A stretch of DNA of 64,000 nucleotides, from NCBI RefSeq assembly GCF_009914755.1, contig NC_060933.1. The stretch is one strand, 5' to 3'. This DNA is from the human T2T-CHM13v2.0 reference genome, Homo sapiens. The position numbers were made by a program, and so were the translations under genes. A model generated the notes under the pieces. It ran no database searches. It was not told the origin of the DNA and saw only the letters and a program-made list of their open reading frames with translations. Each line of letters begins with the position of its first letter. The first letter of the stretch is position 1. Shown piece after piece: positions 1 to 14,500 of this stretch.

Positions 1-419
1 GAAGGTGGGGCTAGGAGGAGACAGGGTCCCGCCTGCCTGGGGGGCTGTGGTTGCTTCCAGCTTGCCCACCCTCCCTCCCCAGGCAATTCCTGCGGACAGG
101 CCTGGGAAGAGGGGACACAGGAGCTGGCCCACAGCTCCCTTCAGCAACTCCATGAGCCCTCTCTAGAAGATGCATGCATCCTTGTAGCCTCCTGGCCCAA
201 AGCTCCCTGGGGCTGCCTCTGCTGTGAAACGGGAAACAGTGTCTTCCCTTGAGCTTGGACAGGGTCCTCCACAGCCACAGGAGTCCAAGAGTGTTGACCT
301 CTTCCCATCTCTTCACCCCGGAACTGACTGCAGCATCACATCTCATGAACGGTGAACTCCAAAAGTTGGCTTAAAAGGCCAAAGTCTAGTCCTATCCATA
401 CTTTATTTACAAAAAAATA

Positions 420-1897
<1,478 letters not shown>

Positions 1898-3228
1898 GTC
1901 TATCCAACAGCACCTGTTTCAGGAGCAGGGGCAGAGCTGCCAGCTTCCCTGCTCGGTCTGCAAGCCTGGGTTTCCGTCCTCTATGCTCAGCTCCCTCGTT
2001 AAACTCAACCCAGTATTTACCAGGCTCCAGAGGACTGGCCTTTGCAAGGTCTTTTGGGTTCAAGACACAGTAAGCGAGGTCTCAGTATAAAACCAGGGTT
2101 CTGACGGCTTCCTCTGGATGTAGTGGGACCTCCAGGACCACCCTGCCATCATCACCCACAGGACCCAGTGCACAGAGAGGGTGGCAATGGCAGCAGTGCC
2201 TGGGAGAGGACCTTGGGTAGGCCCTGTGCGCGAGAGGGTGGGAAAGGCAGCAGGACCCACAGGGGGAACGAGTTTCTCTCTCTGCCCCTTTTATGGGTCC
2301 TGTGTCATCCACAATAATACCATGGGCTGCTCGGGGATTTCAAAACAGTCTATGCAAGGACTGAGAACATCTTAACATGACATTCTGGGTCCCGTGAAAA
2401 GGAAAAGCATGCTGGAAGAGAACACATACCCATAATTCTCCCCTTTCCTCCAAAAATCAAGTCCTTTGATTAACATTTATAACAGTGGTGCTGTTATTTA
2501 TAAAAGCAAACCACCTGCGATCACAATTAGAGAAGGTAAGAATAGATTCTGGCACATCCACCCACACCAAAATATGTGTGCGGGACCTGGACTTTGGCAG
2601 AAAAATGCACACGCAGGCAGGAGCACACACACGCACACACGTCCACACACACACACAAATATCTCTGTGAGGTTTGTGCATGTTCACAAAGTCCCTGCGC
2701 TGAGAGCTAGACCAAGACACTCCTGTTTTCCCTGAAGACATCTCACTGCTTCCTGCATTTTCTCCAATCCGCCTTTTACTTCTGTTGTCAGAAAAGCAAA
2801 ATGCTACACAAGCCACTGTCACCTAATTCATCCACCGGCTGCACTGACAGGCTAGTGTCCAAGCCTCTCCTTGCCACAGAAGACTTGCTGGAAACTACAG
2901 TCAGGGAAGCCGCAAGAGAAAGAGCATCTGCCGTCCCACCTGGTACACGCACCAGTCCCTGGAGGGAAAGACTCACTACTGCGACACCCCCACAGAGCCC
3001 CAGTGGTCCCACCTGCTCGCTGGCTGCCCTGCCCCAGTGGCAGCTCCTGGAACCCAGCTCAGAGCCTGACAGGGACCTGGTTGGCACTCGGGAAAAAGGT
3101 GTTGAGGGAATGAGGCTCTCTAAGGCCTTCCTCGGCTGGACATTCACCTGGGCGCTTACCCCACACTGAGGCCAGGATGCCCACAGCACTGAGCTGAGCA
3201 GCCCCACCCGTGCCCAGCCTCGGGTTAC

Positions 3229-3357
3229 CTGGAGCTTCCGGGCCATGGCCACAACCTCGTGGTCTGGGGGATTGTATTTGTAGCAATTCGAGAACATCAG
3301 CCGGACATCAGCAGCAAAGCCCTGTGCGTCTGGGTACTCTCGGCCATCCATCTTCCT
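3229..3357 (-). CDS. BRD3: BRD3 coding exon 7 (codons 363-405, BD2 C-terminal part: RKMDGREY...[19 protein letters not shown])
   Basis: Acceptor tgttgcag|AGGAAG, donor CTCCAG|gtaacc; 129 bp, phase 0-0. Contains the BD2 acetyl-lysine Asn (N391) and His (H395). Confidence 0.97.
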
Positions 3358-6018
3358 CTGCAACACACAGTGACAGGGGCCAGTGAGCGTGGCCCGTGGC
3401 ATCAGGACTCTCTGCCACACCCCACGAGATGAACTCTGGAGCCTCAGGAGCCACTGCCAGCTCCAGGGCAGTGCCTACTGGCCTGGCCGGCAGGACACCC
3501 CAGCTCTCTGGGACCTCGTACGAGGAAACCCAAAGTGAGGACATGAGAGGGTGACTTGATGGCTTGGCAGGGAGGGTCTGGGACTCCAGAGACAGATCTC
3601 CTGATTGGAAGAAAAATGCACTCAACAAGAAATCCCAGGTTCCCGTAGGCGTCCCTTGGCCCCTTCCTTGTCCAGAGCTTCCCTTCACACAAAGCGGGTA
3701 AATCTTCACACGCCGCCACGCCATCAGCAGCCCCAGGGGGCGTGAGGCTGCAGCAAAGTCAGACTCCACCAACAACAGGGGGCCTGCTCAGTCTACACAA
3801 GGAAATGTAATTTTTTCCCTCGAGGAAGCCAGTAGCTGTTAGCCAGCTTGCGTCTTACAGAAGCACCCTGGTATCCCAGGGGCCTAGCTGGACCTAAGGG
3901 ACTCCACGCTGTGTCCAGCGGCAGCTCCTGAACCCCACAGGGGTGGAGGCAACGGGGGCGTGTCGGCTGACACCCACCCACGTTTACTCGGCCACACAGA
4001 GACCCTACAGCAAAACCCACCGCAGGTCCCACCTGGCTCTGGCAAGCAGAGAACTGAGGCCAAGGCCTGGGTAGACAGTGCCAGGCGGCAGGGGTAAGGA
4101 GGGGCACACAGTCAGTCCCCAGAGCTGGGAGGTGCAGGTGGCTCTGCCAGGGAGTGGCCAGAGGCAGGATCGTCGAGGGACGCTTCAAGGTGGCCACTGG
4201 GAACACACTAGTTGGGGCAAAGAGAGGTCACGCTGTGCCCGAGGGAGTGAGTTTCCCATCCTGGGATGGCTTCAAGGAGAGGCACCTTGTCGGGGACCTC
4301 GAGGGACGACACACGCAAGGGCAAGGCAAATCTACCCCGACCGCTCTGTGGGGTCCAGGCTGCATTTGTCCAGGTGCCAGTGAGATGGAGGGGCCGGGTC
4401 CTAACCCGCAGAGGGCGCCCCCAACTCAGGGCCCGTACCCTATGCACTCAGACATGAGACCCATCCAGAAGGAAGGGCTGGCAGAAAGAACCCGGGGGCA
4501 CAGTGGGACCTGGAAGCCTCTGATGTTGGGGGAAAAGCTAGTTTTCCGTTTTAGCATGTGCCGGGATAAACCATCCCCAAAAGCTCCATCTGTATAATCT
4601 AGAGGTCCTGAGGCCTCTCTCCCTGATTCACTGCCCCTTTTCCGCAGCGTCCGGGCCACAGTCGCGGGCAGCAAGTGCTGCCACTGCACCTGGCTTCTCC
4701 CCATGCCATGCCAGGACAGATAGAGGTGGGAAGCTCCGAACAAAGCAGATCATGACTTTAAAGTGAATTGTTTTTCTAGAGCTTCTTTATTATGGTTTCA
4801 AGGGCAAATCAGACCCTTTGACCAAAATGGAATTAAGCTGAGCTTGAGTCCAGCCCAAACACTGGAACCCCCCATGATGTTCCAGAAATTCCTGTTAACT
4901 GTGCTATGGTAGAGACACACAAACCCCAGCCCTGGAGGCTGCAGCCGAGGCTCCTGGCAGCTTCTGGGCTGCGTGGCTCTGGCCCTCAGCTTCCCCACCC
5001 ACGGCAGTGGAGCCAGGCGGCCCCGCTCGTCACTTTCACCTGACTGTGCACCGGGCTCTGGGGCCTGGGCCAGCCAGGTCTGTCCTGCCCGAGATCCAGT
5101 CAATCAAGGAAGAAAAGGGTTTCATCAGCAGATCCTGCCTCAGGTAGGCAGAATGACTGCGACTGGCTTCCCAGGATGAAAACAACTGCCCAACAGGGCT
5201 GCCAGCAGCTCTTCCCAGGGCCGCACGGCAGTTGGCGGAGGAGGCAGGTCACACCTCTGCCAACTGCCTGCACGTCCCTGGGAGCTGGCTTGGAGCTCTC
5301 CCAGAGGGAGGGCAGGTGCCAGCCAGGAGTCTGGAAAGGTGCTCAGGGAAGACCCGGTGGAGCTCACCCTGGCTTGGGGCGGTGCAGCTCAAATGCCGCA
5401 CCCACCACCACCCCCCATAGGGACCAGACTCACTCTGACCTGCTGTGAGGCACACAAGAGCCCAGGCAGAGGCTGCCGCCTTGAGAAGACTGGCATGGGG
5501 GAGGCCAGGCTCTCGGTCTCAGCTCTGCCACCCACCCAGGTCCCGCTTCCGTCTTGTGAGGGGGTGGGGCTTGGAGGCACTTAGGGGACAGAAGCCAGGC
5601 CATCCCCACTGGCCGCCTCACTCCTGTCTGCTGTGAGGCGCCTGTATCCGGGGCTTGAGGGAAGCAAAGTGCAGCTTTAAAACTTTGCCAACTGTGAGAG
5701 TGGCCCAGCTCTAGGGACCCCCTGACCTGATGATACAGAATGGGAGGTAGGAATGAAATCAATGAAATCACTAAACGGGTTCGATGGGAATAAACAACAA
5801 CAGAGCCACAGACTCCGGGACCCACAGGCAGAGCACGCCTTCCTCGCTGAGCCTTGCCAGCCACAGCCGGCGCTGCGGGGGCCAGCCTGGAGGGTGCGCT
5901 TCTCCGGCAAGCGAGACCCTGCTCCCCGACAGCCCCCACTCAGCCGGCACAAGACATCAGCACCCACGGCAGAGCCGCAGGACATGGGCAGAGCAGGGCC
6001 TGCCGCGCGGCCACGTAC

Positions 6019-6390
6019 TTTCACGGTGCTGAGGTCCATCGGGTGCTTGATGATGTCGTGGTAGTCGTGCAGCTCCAGGGCCTCGGCATCCACTGGCTTG
6101 TAGAAGGGCCAGGCGTAGGCCGCGTGCTTCTTGGATAGCATCTCCCTGAGGATGCTGTCGCAGTAGCGTAGGTGCTCCGACAGCTTGCCCTTCTTGCCTG
6201 CGTGCTGGGGCACCTCGCCGTCCTCCAGGTCCTTCTTGGGAGGCTTGATGGGGCGGCCACCACTCTCCCGCCGGGCCACCACTTTGGCCTGCTTGGGGTC
6301 TGACAACGGCGGGGGCGACTCACTCCGGCTGGCAGTGATGGCCGACGTCGTGGGAGTGGTTGTGTCTGCTTTCCGCTTCACGCCCTTTTT
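6019..6390 (-). CDS. BRD3: BRD3 coding exon 6 (codons 239-362: motif [14 protein letters not shown] with SPOP-binding ADTTT; BD2 N-terminal part with WPF)
   Basis: Acceptor tgtcgcag|AAAAAG, donor GTGAAA|gtacgt; 372 bp. The BET-family sequence is visible inside ORF 5677..6549. Confidence 0.97.
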
Positions 6391-7604
6391 CTGCGACAGT
6401 GAAATAACCAGTGAACCCCGGAAACCAGGGGCCCCGAAGACGCATGTCGCTGCAGCCGCGTTTCTGGGGCACTGTCTGCCTGCCTGGCGCTGGGCTAAGC
6501 GGCCACATGCACGGCCCCACAGGAGAGGACACCAAGGCTCAGGGGCCATGTCACTGGCCCAAGGTCACACAGCTGGCAGTGGTGAGGCTGGGACTCTCCC
6601 TCAGGATCAACTCTGAAACCCGCCCTCACCTGGGCGAGGGGAGATACCTCTCTCCCTTAGCCCCGAGGGCTCAGGGGTCCCGGGTGGGCTCGCACCTCAC
6701 ACCCCAAGCCATGTGAGGTGCTGCATGCAATTCGCCAGACACCTAACAAGCACCCAGACCAGGACCCGGGGACCTCGGTGCTGCAGAGACCTGGGAGGAA
6801 CTCCCTGCTTCCAGGAAAGTTCCAGACAAGGGCCTGAGAGCGGGGGCTCCGCGGACAAACACAAGTTTTGCGGGACAAGAGGGAGGCAGGAGAGCATTCC
6901 AGACACAGGGCAAGGGGCAGCCCAACCAGGAGGCATGAAGCAGCCACAGCAGCTCTGGGAACAAGGGACCTCAGGGATTGAGTGGGCAAGTCTGGACTCC
7001 ATCCCAGCAGCAGTGGGAGCCACCGAAGGCCATTTCAAGCAAGGAGAGGAGGGAGATGACCCACAGAACCTTCTGTGGGTGTGTCCTGGGGACGGAGCCA
7101 GGCACCAGGCAGACGCGCATGTTTAACGTCCAGGCCTCCTGGGGGTGTGCAGGTCTCTCTGGGCAGCCTGCAAGGGCCTCAGCACCCAGCACCCATGGGC
7201 ATCACCTCAGCGTTCCAGGGCCAGGGCTCAGTGTGCACCCTGAGACCAGCTCAGCCAGCTTCTAATCTTAGCCCAGCGGGAGAGGAGCCAGCGGGAGCCA
7301 CGGCTCCCAGCCCACGGCACCTGCCGTCTAGAGAGCCACCCACAGTCACTGCCCAGCCAAGCCGCCGCCCTCAGACTGGCAGGGGCCGGAGCCGGCTATC
7401 CACAAACACTTGGCAGGCACCCACGTGCTGCCAAGCGCCAGGCGCGTGCCGCACAGGGCGGATAGGAGCGGGGACAGACTCGTCTGGCCGTGGCAAATGG
7501 GACATGCTCCAGAAACAGCCCCCACTGGGGGAGGCGGCTTGACCAGGGGCCACCCATAAGTGCAGGCAGTGAAGGCCACGGGGAGGGGAAGCAACGGAGG
7601 TGGC

Positions 7605-7745
7605 ATTTTACCTTGGGCGAGCCATTTAACCCCTCTGAGCGCCCGCTTCCTCATCTGTAAGATGGGGGAAATACTGTCTGCCCCAGAGGGTTGCTGTGAG
7701 GATCAAATCGAAGAAGATAATACACATAAGTGCCTGGCACGGGCC
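7605..7745. mobile_element. MIR fragment
   Basis: MIR core ttcctcatctgtaagatggg...tgtgaggat...aagtgcctggcac. Confidence 0.65.
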
Positions 7746-8309
7746 CTGCCCAAAGCAGGAGACTCACCAGGCCTCGCCAGCCCCAAATCTTGCAGGGAGC
7801 ACCCACTCCCTGCCAAGACCAACAGGGCCCACTGAGAAAAGCTCCCAGCCAAGTGGGGAGCAGGACAGGCAGGTCCCCATGCTCCCATGTGGAGCCCACA
7901 GGCGGGGCCAGCTTGGGTGCTGGCACCTCACAACGCACCCAGGTAGGTACAGCTGGCACCACTCTCCTGAGTGTGAGCAGGGGAGGACCGGGACCCCTCC
8001 CACCCTGGCTTCTCTCCCACAACTTCCCCACCTTGACCAAGCCTTTGGCCAGGGCTTCTGGCCAGAGAAGCTGGGGTTCAAGTTCAGCCAGGCCCTCCCT
8101 TACCAGCTGTGTGACCTTCAGCTCCCCAGGCCTAGGTCTCCTCATCTGTGTCAGTAACAACGGCCTGAGCTCCCAGGGCGCAGAGAGAAACACTCCCAAG
8201 AGCCAGCACTCAGGGAAAGGTGGGGGCCCCCCGCCTGCTGCTCCTGCCCTGACCTCAGGAACCCTGGCCGGGCTCAGGTGCCCCACCCATCCGGACTCAG
8301 GGTGCTCAC

Positions 8310-8524
8310 CTTGACGACAGGCGGCGTAGGAGGGACCACGGGGACGATGGGTGTGGCAGGAGGAGGTGGGGCGGCAGCTGGGGGGACTGGGACCGACGTG
8401 ACGTTTGCAGTGATGGTTGGTACAGGGGTGGCAGCGATGACGGGCGTCTGGGAGACGGTGGGGGGCACGCTCTGAAAGGGGGTCGCTGGGGAGACAGAGG
8501 ACACGGCCGCCACTTGCTGTGTAC
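8310..8524 (-). CDS. BRD3: BRD3 coding exon 5 (Pro/Thr/Val-rich linker between the bromodomains)
   Basis: Acceptor cttgaag|GTACAC, donor GTCAAG|gtgagc; 215 bp, restores phase after the 148-bp exon 4. Confidence 0.95.
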
Positions 8525-9411
8525 CTTCAAGACAAGGAAGGGATGTTCAACACACCAGGCTCCACTAGTATTTCCAGAAGCTTCCAGTGCCACCCCTCCA
8601 GCCAGAACACGGGTACCAGCTCTGTGCTGCCAAGACCGCCGGCCAGAAGAACCCTCCATGCTGAGATGCCCCCCATCCTGCATCTTGGGGGCAGGGTTGG
8701 TCTGGCTCATCTTGGCTGAGGGCTCCCTGCATGAAGTGGAGGCCCCCCACCACAGACCATAGGAGGCGGAACGAGGAAGCCAAGGCAGTCCCATGGCCTG
8801 GCAGTCAAGGGCCACCCTGGAGTCATGGAAAGCTGGTACTGAACTCGGTTCCCTAAGTAACAAGCTGAGTGACCAACGATGTGGCCGTACTTAAGCCCCC
8901 AGCTTCTCCCATCTGCAACACGGGACGGCCCGTGGCCCTGGCCATCCCGCTCAGTCAGCCTCTCCACCCAGACAACGCCTGCATGCCGGGTTCCCAGGCC
9001 AGGTGGGATCCTGGGGCTCACGACACTAATCACCACCATGCTCCCTGACAGCAAGACGCGGTCTTACTTGACCAGGGAACCAGGCAGGTGATAGTGACTC
9101 TCAGGTCACAGAGAATCAAATGAGTGCTAAAGAGACAAAGCCCCAGGAGGGGAACAGGCCCCACGCGTCGTGGAAGAAGTGACCTCAGGGCTGGAGCTGG
9201 AAGGGGGAGCAGGATTTGGGAGGTGGAGAGCAGGGACAGGTGATCCTCCTAGACCATGAGCTCCTCCCCAGCGTGGGCTCAAAGGCAGCCAGCTATGGCG
9301 TTAATGTCTTCCGTATCCCCGGGCCAGCTGCCCCTCCAACATCACCCACAGGCCACACTCATCCAAGACCCGGCACCCACGAGCTCGTCACGACAGATGG
9401 GAAACAGCTCA

Positions 9412-9720
<309 letters not shown>

Positions 9721-9746
9721 TCAAAAAAATATTTAAAATTTGTTAA

Positions 9747-10379
<633 letters not shown>

Positions 10380-11200
10380 CTAGGAAAGAGATTTTCAGAG
10401 GCATTACCAGAAGATTCTACATAATTATTTTCACAATTCCCAAGTGGACACAGCCCGACCTTCCCAAGTGGACTGAGGACTGGGGCTGGCCCAGAGGCAC
10501 TTTCTGGTCTCTGAAGGCAGTGGGCTATGGTGACGTGAGTACTTGGCCAGCTCCAAACTCCTGCCCAACCTCTCTCCAGACCCCAAGCATGTGCAGAGAG
10601 GAGCCCACGGAGTTAGGGCAGACCCCAGGACAGGTCTACATACTGGAGATGGGGCCAAACCTTCCAGGGACCAAACCTGCAGGTGACCAGGGCCCAGCAG
10701 AGCCCAGAGCCCAGGCCACCAAGTGCCAGCCCAGGGATTCCTCTGCAATGCTCAGGGTTTGTCTATTTGGGCCCAGGTCAAAAATGAGCATGCAGATGAG
10801 GGCACCATCACCTGGAAAGCAGGCCTCAACATACACTCGGCCTCTAACTCCAAGTGGGCTCACCAAGCTGGCAGATGGGCCATCCTGCAGGAGCCAGTGA
10901 GGCAGAAGAAGGCCCCAGTGAGCCTCGACTCCTAAGCCCCATCACCACCCACTCGCTTTCCTCCCGGACACGCGTGGCTTCTCCCTATTTCCTGCACCTG
11001 GGGCAGCCGCCCTCCACTCTCCCACGCCCATGTGGCCCCTGTGCGCCTCTGTGCTGTGGACTTCCTGAGGCACAGGCTGTCCCCAGCTTAGCAGCAAATT
11101 CCCAAGGCCAGAGGCAGTCTTTCCAGGATGGGGGCAGCAGGAGGGGGACAGAGGACGGCAGCAGCAGAACGTGGCTCTTGGGGAGGCAGCAGCTACGCAC

Positions 11201-11413
11201 CGGCAGGTTCAATTTGATTGCGTCCACGGGCTGGTAGAAGGGCCAGGCGAACTGGTGTTTCCAGAGCGTCTTCACCACCACATTCTGCATGTACTGCAGC
11301 TGGTTGGTCTTGCGGCCGGGCTTGCTGGGGTTGGAGACCTCCGGGGGGGGTGGGTTCACAGGGCCCGGGGTCGCCGGGATCCCCGCGGGGGCGACTGTCG
11401 TGGCGGTGGACAT
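11201..11413 (-). CDS. BRD3: BRD3 exon 2 coding part (start codon; [11 protein letters not shown]...[19 protein letters not shown], codons 1-71)
   Basis: ATG at 11413-11411 in context aggATGt, donor CTGCCG|gtgcgt; recognisable BRD3 N-terminus and BD1 WPF shelf. Confidence 0.97.
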
Positions 11414-11526
11414 CCTCCGGCAGCTCACTCACTTTCTGTCACAGCAGCGGCTTGGAGAGGCCCTGGCTGCTTCTACGCTCCCTGAGAAAGCGCGACGTCC
11501 CATTTCCGGGCCCAACCAGGCGACAG
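11414..11526 (-). other. BRD3: BRD3 exon 2 5' UTR part (113 nt), containing a uORF
   Basis: Acceptor ttcctcctctgcag|CTGTCG at 11526; uATG at 11503. Confidence 0.85.
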
Positions 11527-14500
11527 CTGCAGAGGAGGAAGCACAACAGAGAGGAAGGCCAGTCACCCCGGGGACCCCCACCTCTCCCAGCCTCGGCGGG
11601 CTCCTGAGGGCACCTGTCGGGCCTCAGCAGGGCCTGCTCCACTCACTCACCCCCATTGCCCAGCCACCCAGGTGAGAGGCTGTCGGGAAAGCTGCTCAGG
11701 CGAAGCGCGACCAGCTCAGAACGACTCTCCAACCACTGCTCTCAGGCACGGGAGGGAAGGCCTGGGCGGTGGAGGGAGCTCAGGCACATGCCACTTGCTC
11801 CCAGGTGGGGGCTTGGGGAACACACTGGGAGGCAGGTGTGCCAAGGGACTCAGCCACTGGCAGCCTTCTGCCCACCAACCACCCACTCGTGGGGTCGACT
11901 CGTTGCTACTGGGCTCTGACAGCTTGGCCACAACAATGTACTGAAGAGTGACCCATGCGTGGACAGCCACGGTGCGGGCCCAACACAGCCAGGGGAAGTG
12001 GGGCCGGCACAACACGGACGTTTGCAGACCCAAACACGGTGCGGGGAGGTGGTGCCCTTGAGCGAGGCCAAGCAGTGAGGTTCTACCGTAACCAGGAGAA
12101 CGGGCCCAGGTTTGTGATGGCGGCGTGGTTGTGACCCGGCCTGGCTCTCGGCCAATCAGAGAGGCGGGAGCGGCGGCTCAGACCCTGCCGACCTCCACAC
12201 CCCAGCTGACCACAGGGAGCTCTGCACACACGAGATGCTGGGGCTTCCCTGGCCCCGACTGGCTAGCCACAGGCAGGGCTGGCAGGAGGAGGCCACCGCC
12301 ACCCTGCGTGTCCCAGGAGGGCACGGACAGTTGAGAACGCCCATAGGAACGCTGCACAGTGGAGAACGCATGCAGGCCTCCAACCATGGCCAGGGCCCTG
12401 CGGCGTGGCCCCGTGTCTACCTGTAAAGGTGTGGGGCAGACCCGAGGAGCTCTAACCCAGCGCCTGGGACTTCAACTTCAGCCTCGTACCTTGCTGCCAC
12501 TTGGGCCTTTCCTGCAGTCGTGTAACTGACAGTTAGACAGGTCACGGCTGGAGGCTCCCCTCGGAGCACAGGCAGCAGCTCTGCCATGGGAGGAGCCGGC
12601 TCCGGCCCCAGAACCGGCCACTTGTAGACGCTCGGGGCAGACAGTCAAGACTAGGGGAAGTTTGTGAGCTGGGTGACATCTGGTTGGTCCCCTGAAATCT
12701 GCCTCGGTGGGCAGTTACACCACAGCCATGGGCAAATGCTGCAAACCAGGACCCCCTCCCCAAGCTGGATGCTCAATGTCGTCAGCACCCTGCGTGTAAC
12801 CTCACTTCCTCCCACCCCACCCCAGAGAGGAAAGGGCTTCAAACTACACGCAACACAGCTCACCCACCAAGCATGCCAGCACGAGAGAACGTGCCCCGTC
12901 TCTGGGGCGCCCACCTGTGCCAGGGCCTCATCCAGGGAAGCCCCTCACACCCACCCTCTTCTATGCCCTCCTGAGGTGAGCGGGTGCCTCTCCACCTCAC
13001 CGACCCGGTGCTCACAGCCCCAGGCTGCAACCCTGGTGCGGAGGGCAGCCCCAGGCCAAAGCGTGGCAGCACTGCCCCTCGCCACCACCACTTGCAAGGA
13101 TTTCCATGAAGCCCTCCCAGCAGGGCTCCCTGCTCTGCCCCGCAAGGACCGCCTAGCCCGCACCGCAGGGTGATCCTGTTAAAACCAAGTCGGATCAAGT
13201 CACCGGTCTGCTCAAAACCTCCCAGGGGCTCCACGTGACTCAGAGTGAAAGCGAGTCCTGCCCCACCCTGGTTGGTGGGGCCTGGGGTGACCGAGTCCTG
13301 AGACCTGTGTCCTGTCTCCTGTGACTTGCGGCCCTCCCTCAAGGCCTGGACAGCAGCAGGCTCCTGCCCTTCCAAGGCCTCCAGGTAGCTCCCAGAACAC
13401 CCTTCCTGCTGGGCCCCCAGGCAGCACAGACACTGGGGCCAGCCACACGGCCTGGTCCTTCCACTTCCCCACGAGGCTCCTGAGGGTGGAGGAGTCAGGC
13501 ACAGAGAGAGCTCACGCCAGTTATGGGCACCAAGCACCACACGCAGCTCCGCTGAGACTGCCGGGCAGCACCCTGACAGAAGGCCCAGGCTGTGCTGCTG
13601 CTGCCTCCCAGGGCCCAGATGTCAGCTCCCAGGTGTCGGTCAGGTGGGGACATTCCCAGTATCCACTGCTGCTGCACAGGCCCAGAGCCAGGAAATGGGG
13701 CTGAAACTGACCTTTGGGGATGTGGGGGTGGTCAGGGCACAAAGGAAGGCTCCCAGGCTGCAGGCCAGCTTCCTCCAAGCATGAGGATGGACGGTCACAG
13801 CTCAACATGGGGGCCTGCTTATGCTGCCGTCAGGATCCCACGCCTGGCCAGATCAGGCCCTCTAAGCCACCCACTTCCAACCACCTGACCACTGTTTCAA
13901 ACCGGAGACTGAGAAGGAGCCCAGCTCCAGCCATGGACACCGGAGTGCATGCCTCGTCCTGGGTGGGGAGGGCAGCCCCGCCCGGCCATGGACTGTGAGC
14001 TTGAGCAAGGCAGAAGGAGGGGCGCCCCAGGCTCTGCTTGGCACCAGCCCACGAGCCACGGCAGAGCCGTCCAAGGCCCAGCCCAGAAGCCCTCTTGCTG
14101 CTGCCAGGGAAATCCCGGCCAATGTGGTTAAAGCTCTGGGGCTGCACCTGGTGCCAGCATGTGCTCACTGAATGCCAGTGGTCACTACAGGCCCTGAGGG
14201 TGCAGTTTGCCTCCAGCTCCGCTACCTGGCAGAAACACACCAACCCCAACAAGACCTGGAAGGCTGAGGGGTGCAGTATAAAAAGCCCCTGGCACACACG
14301 GGCAGGCGACTGCCCCACCCTCGGTGGTGAGGCATGGTGATCTCACCTCTCCTCTCCTGGAACACAAACCCTGCCCTCTGAGACACCTACACCCCACACA
14401 CTCAGATTTTGCAAAAACTCGAGGACAACACGATGCCATGATAAGTGGCCCTGCCTCCCCCAGAAGCCCTTGGCATAGAAGCGGAGCCCCCAGGCAGCCT

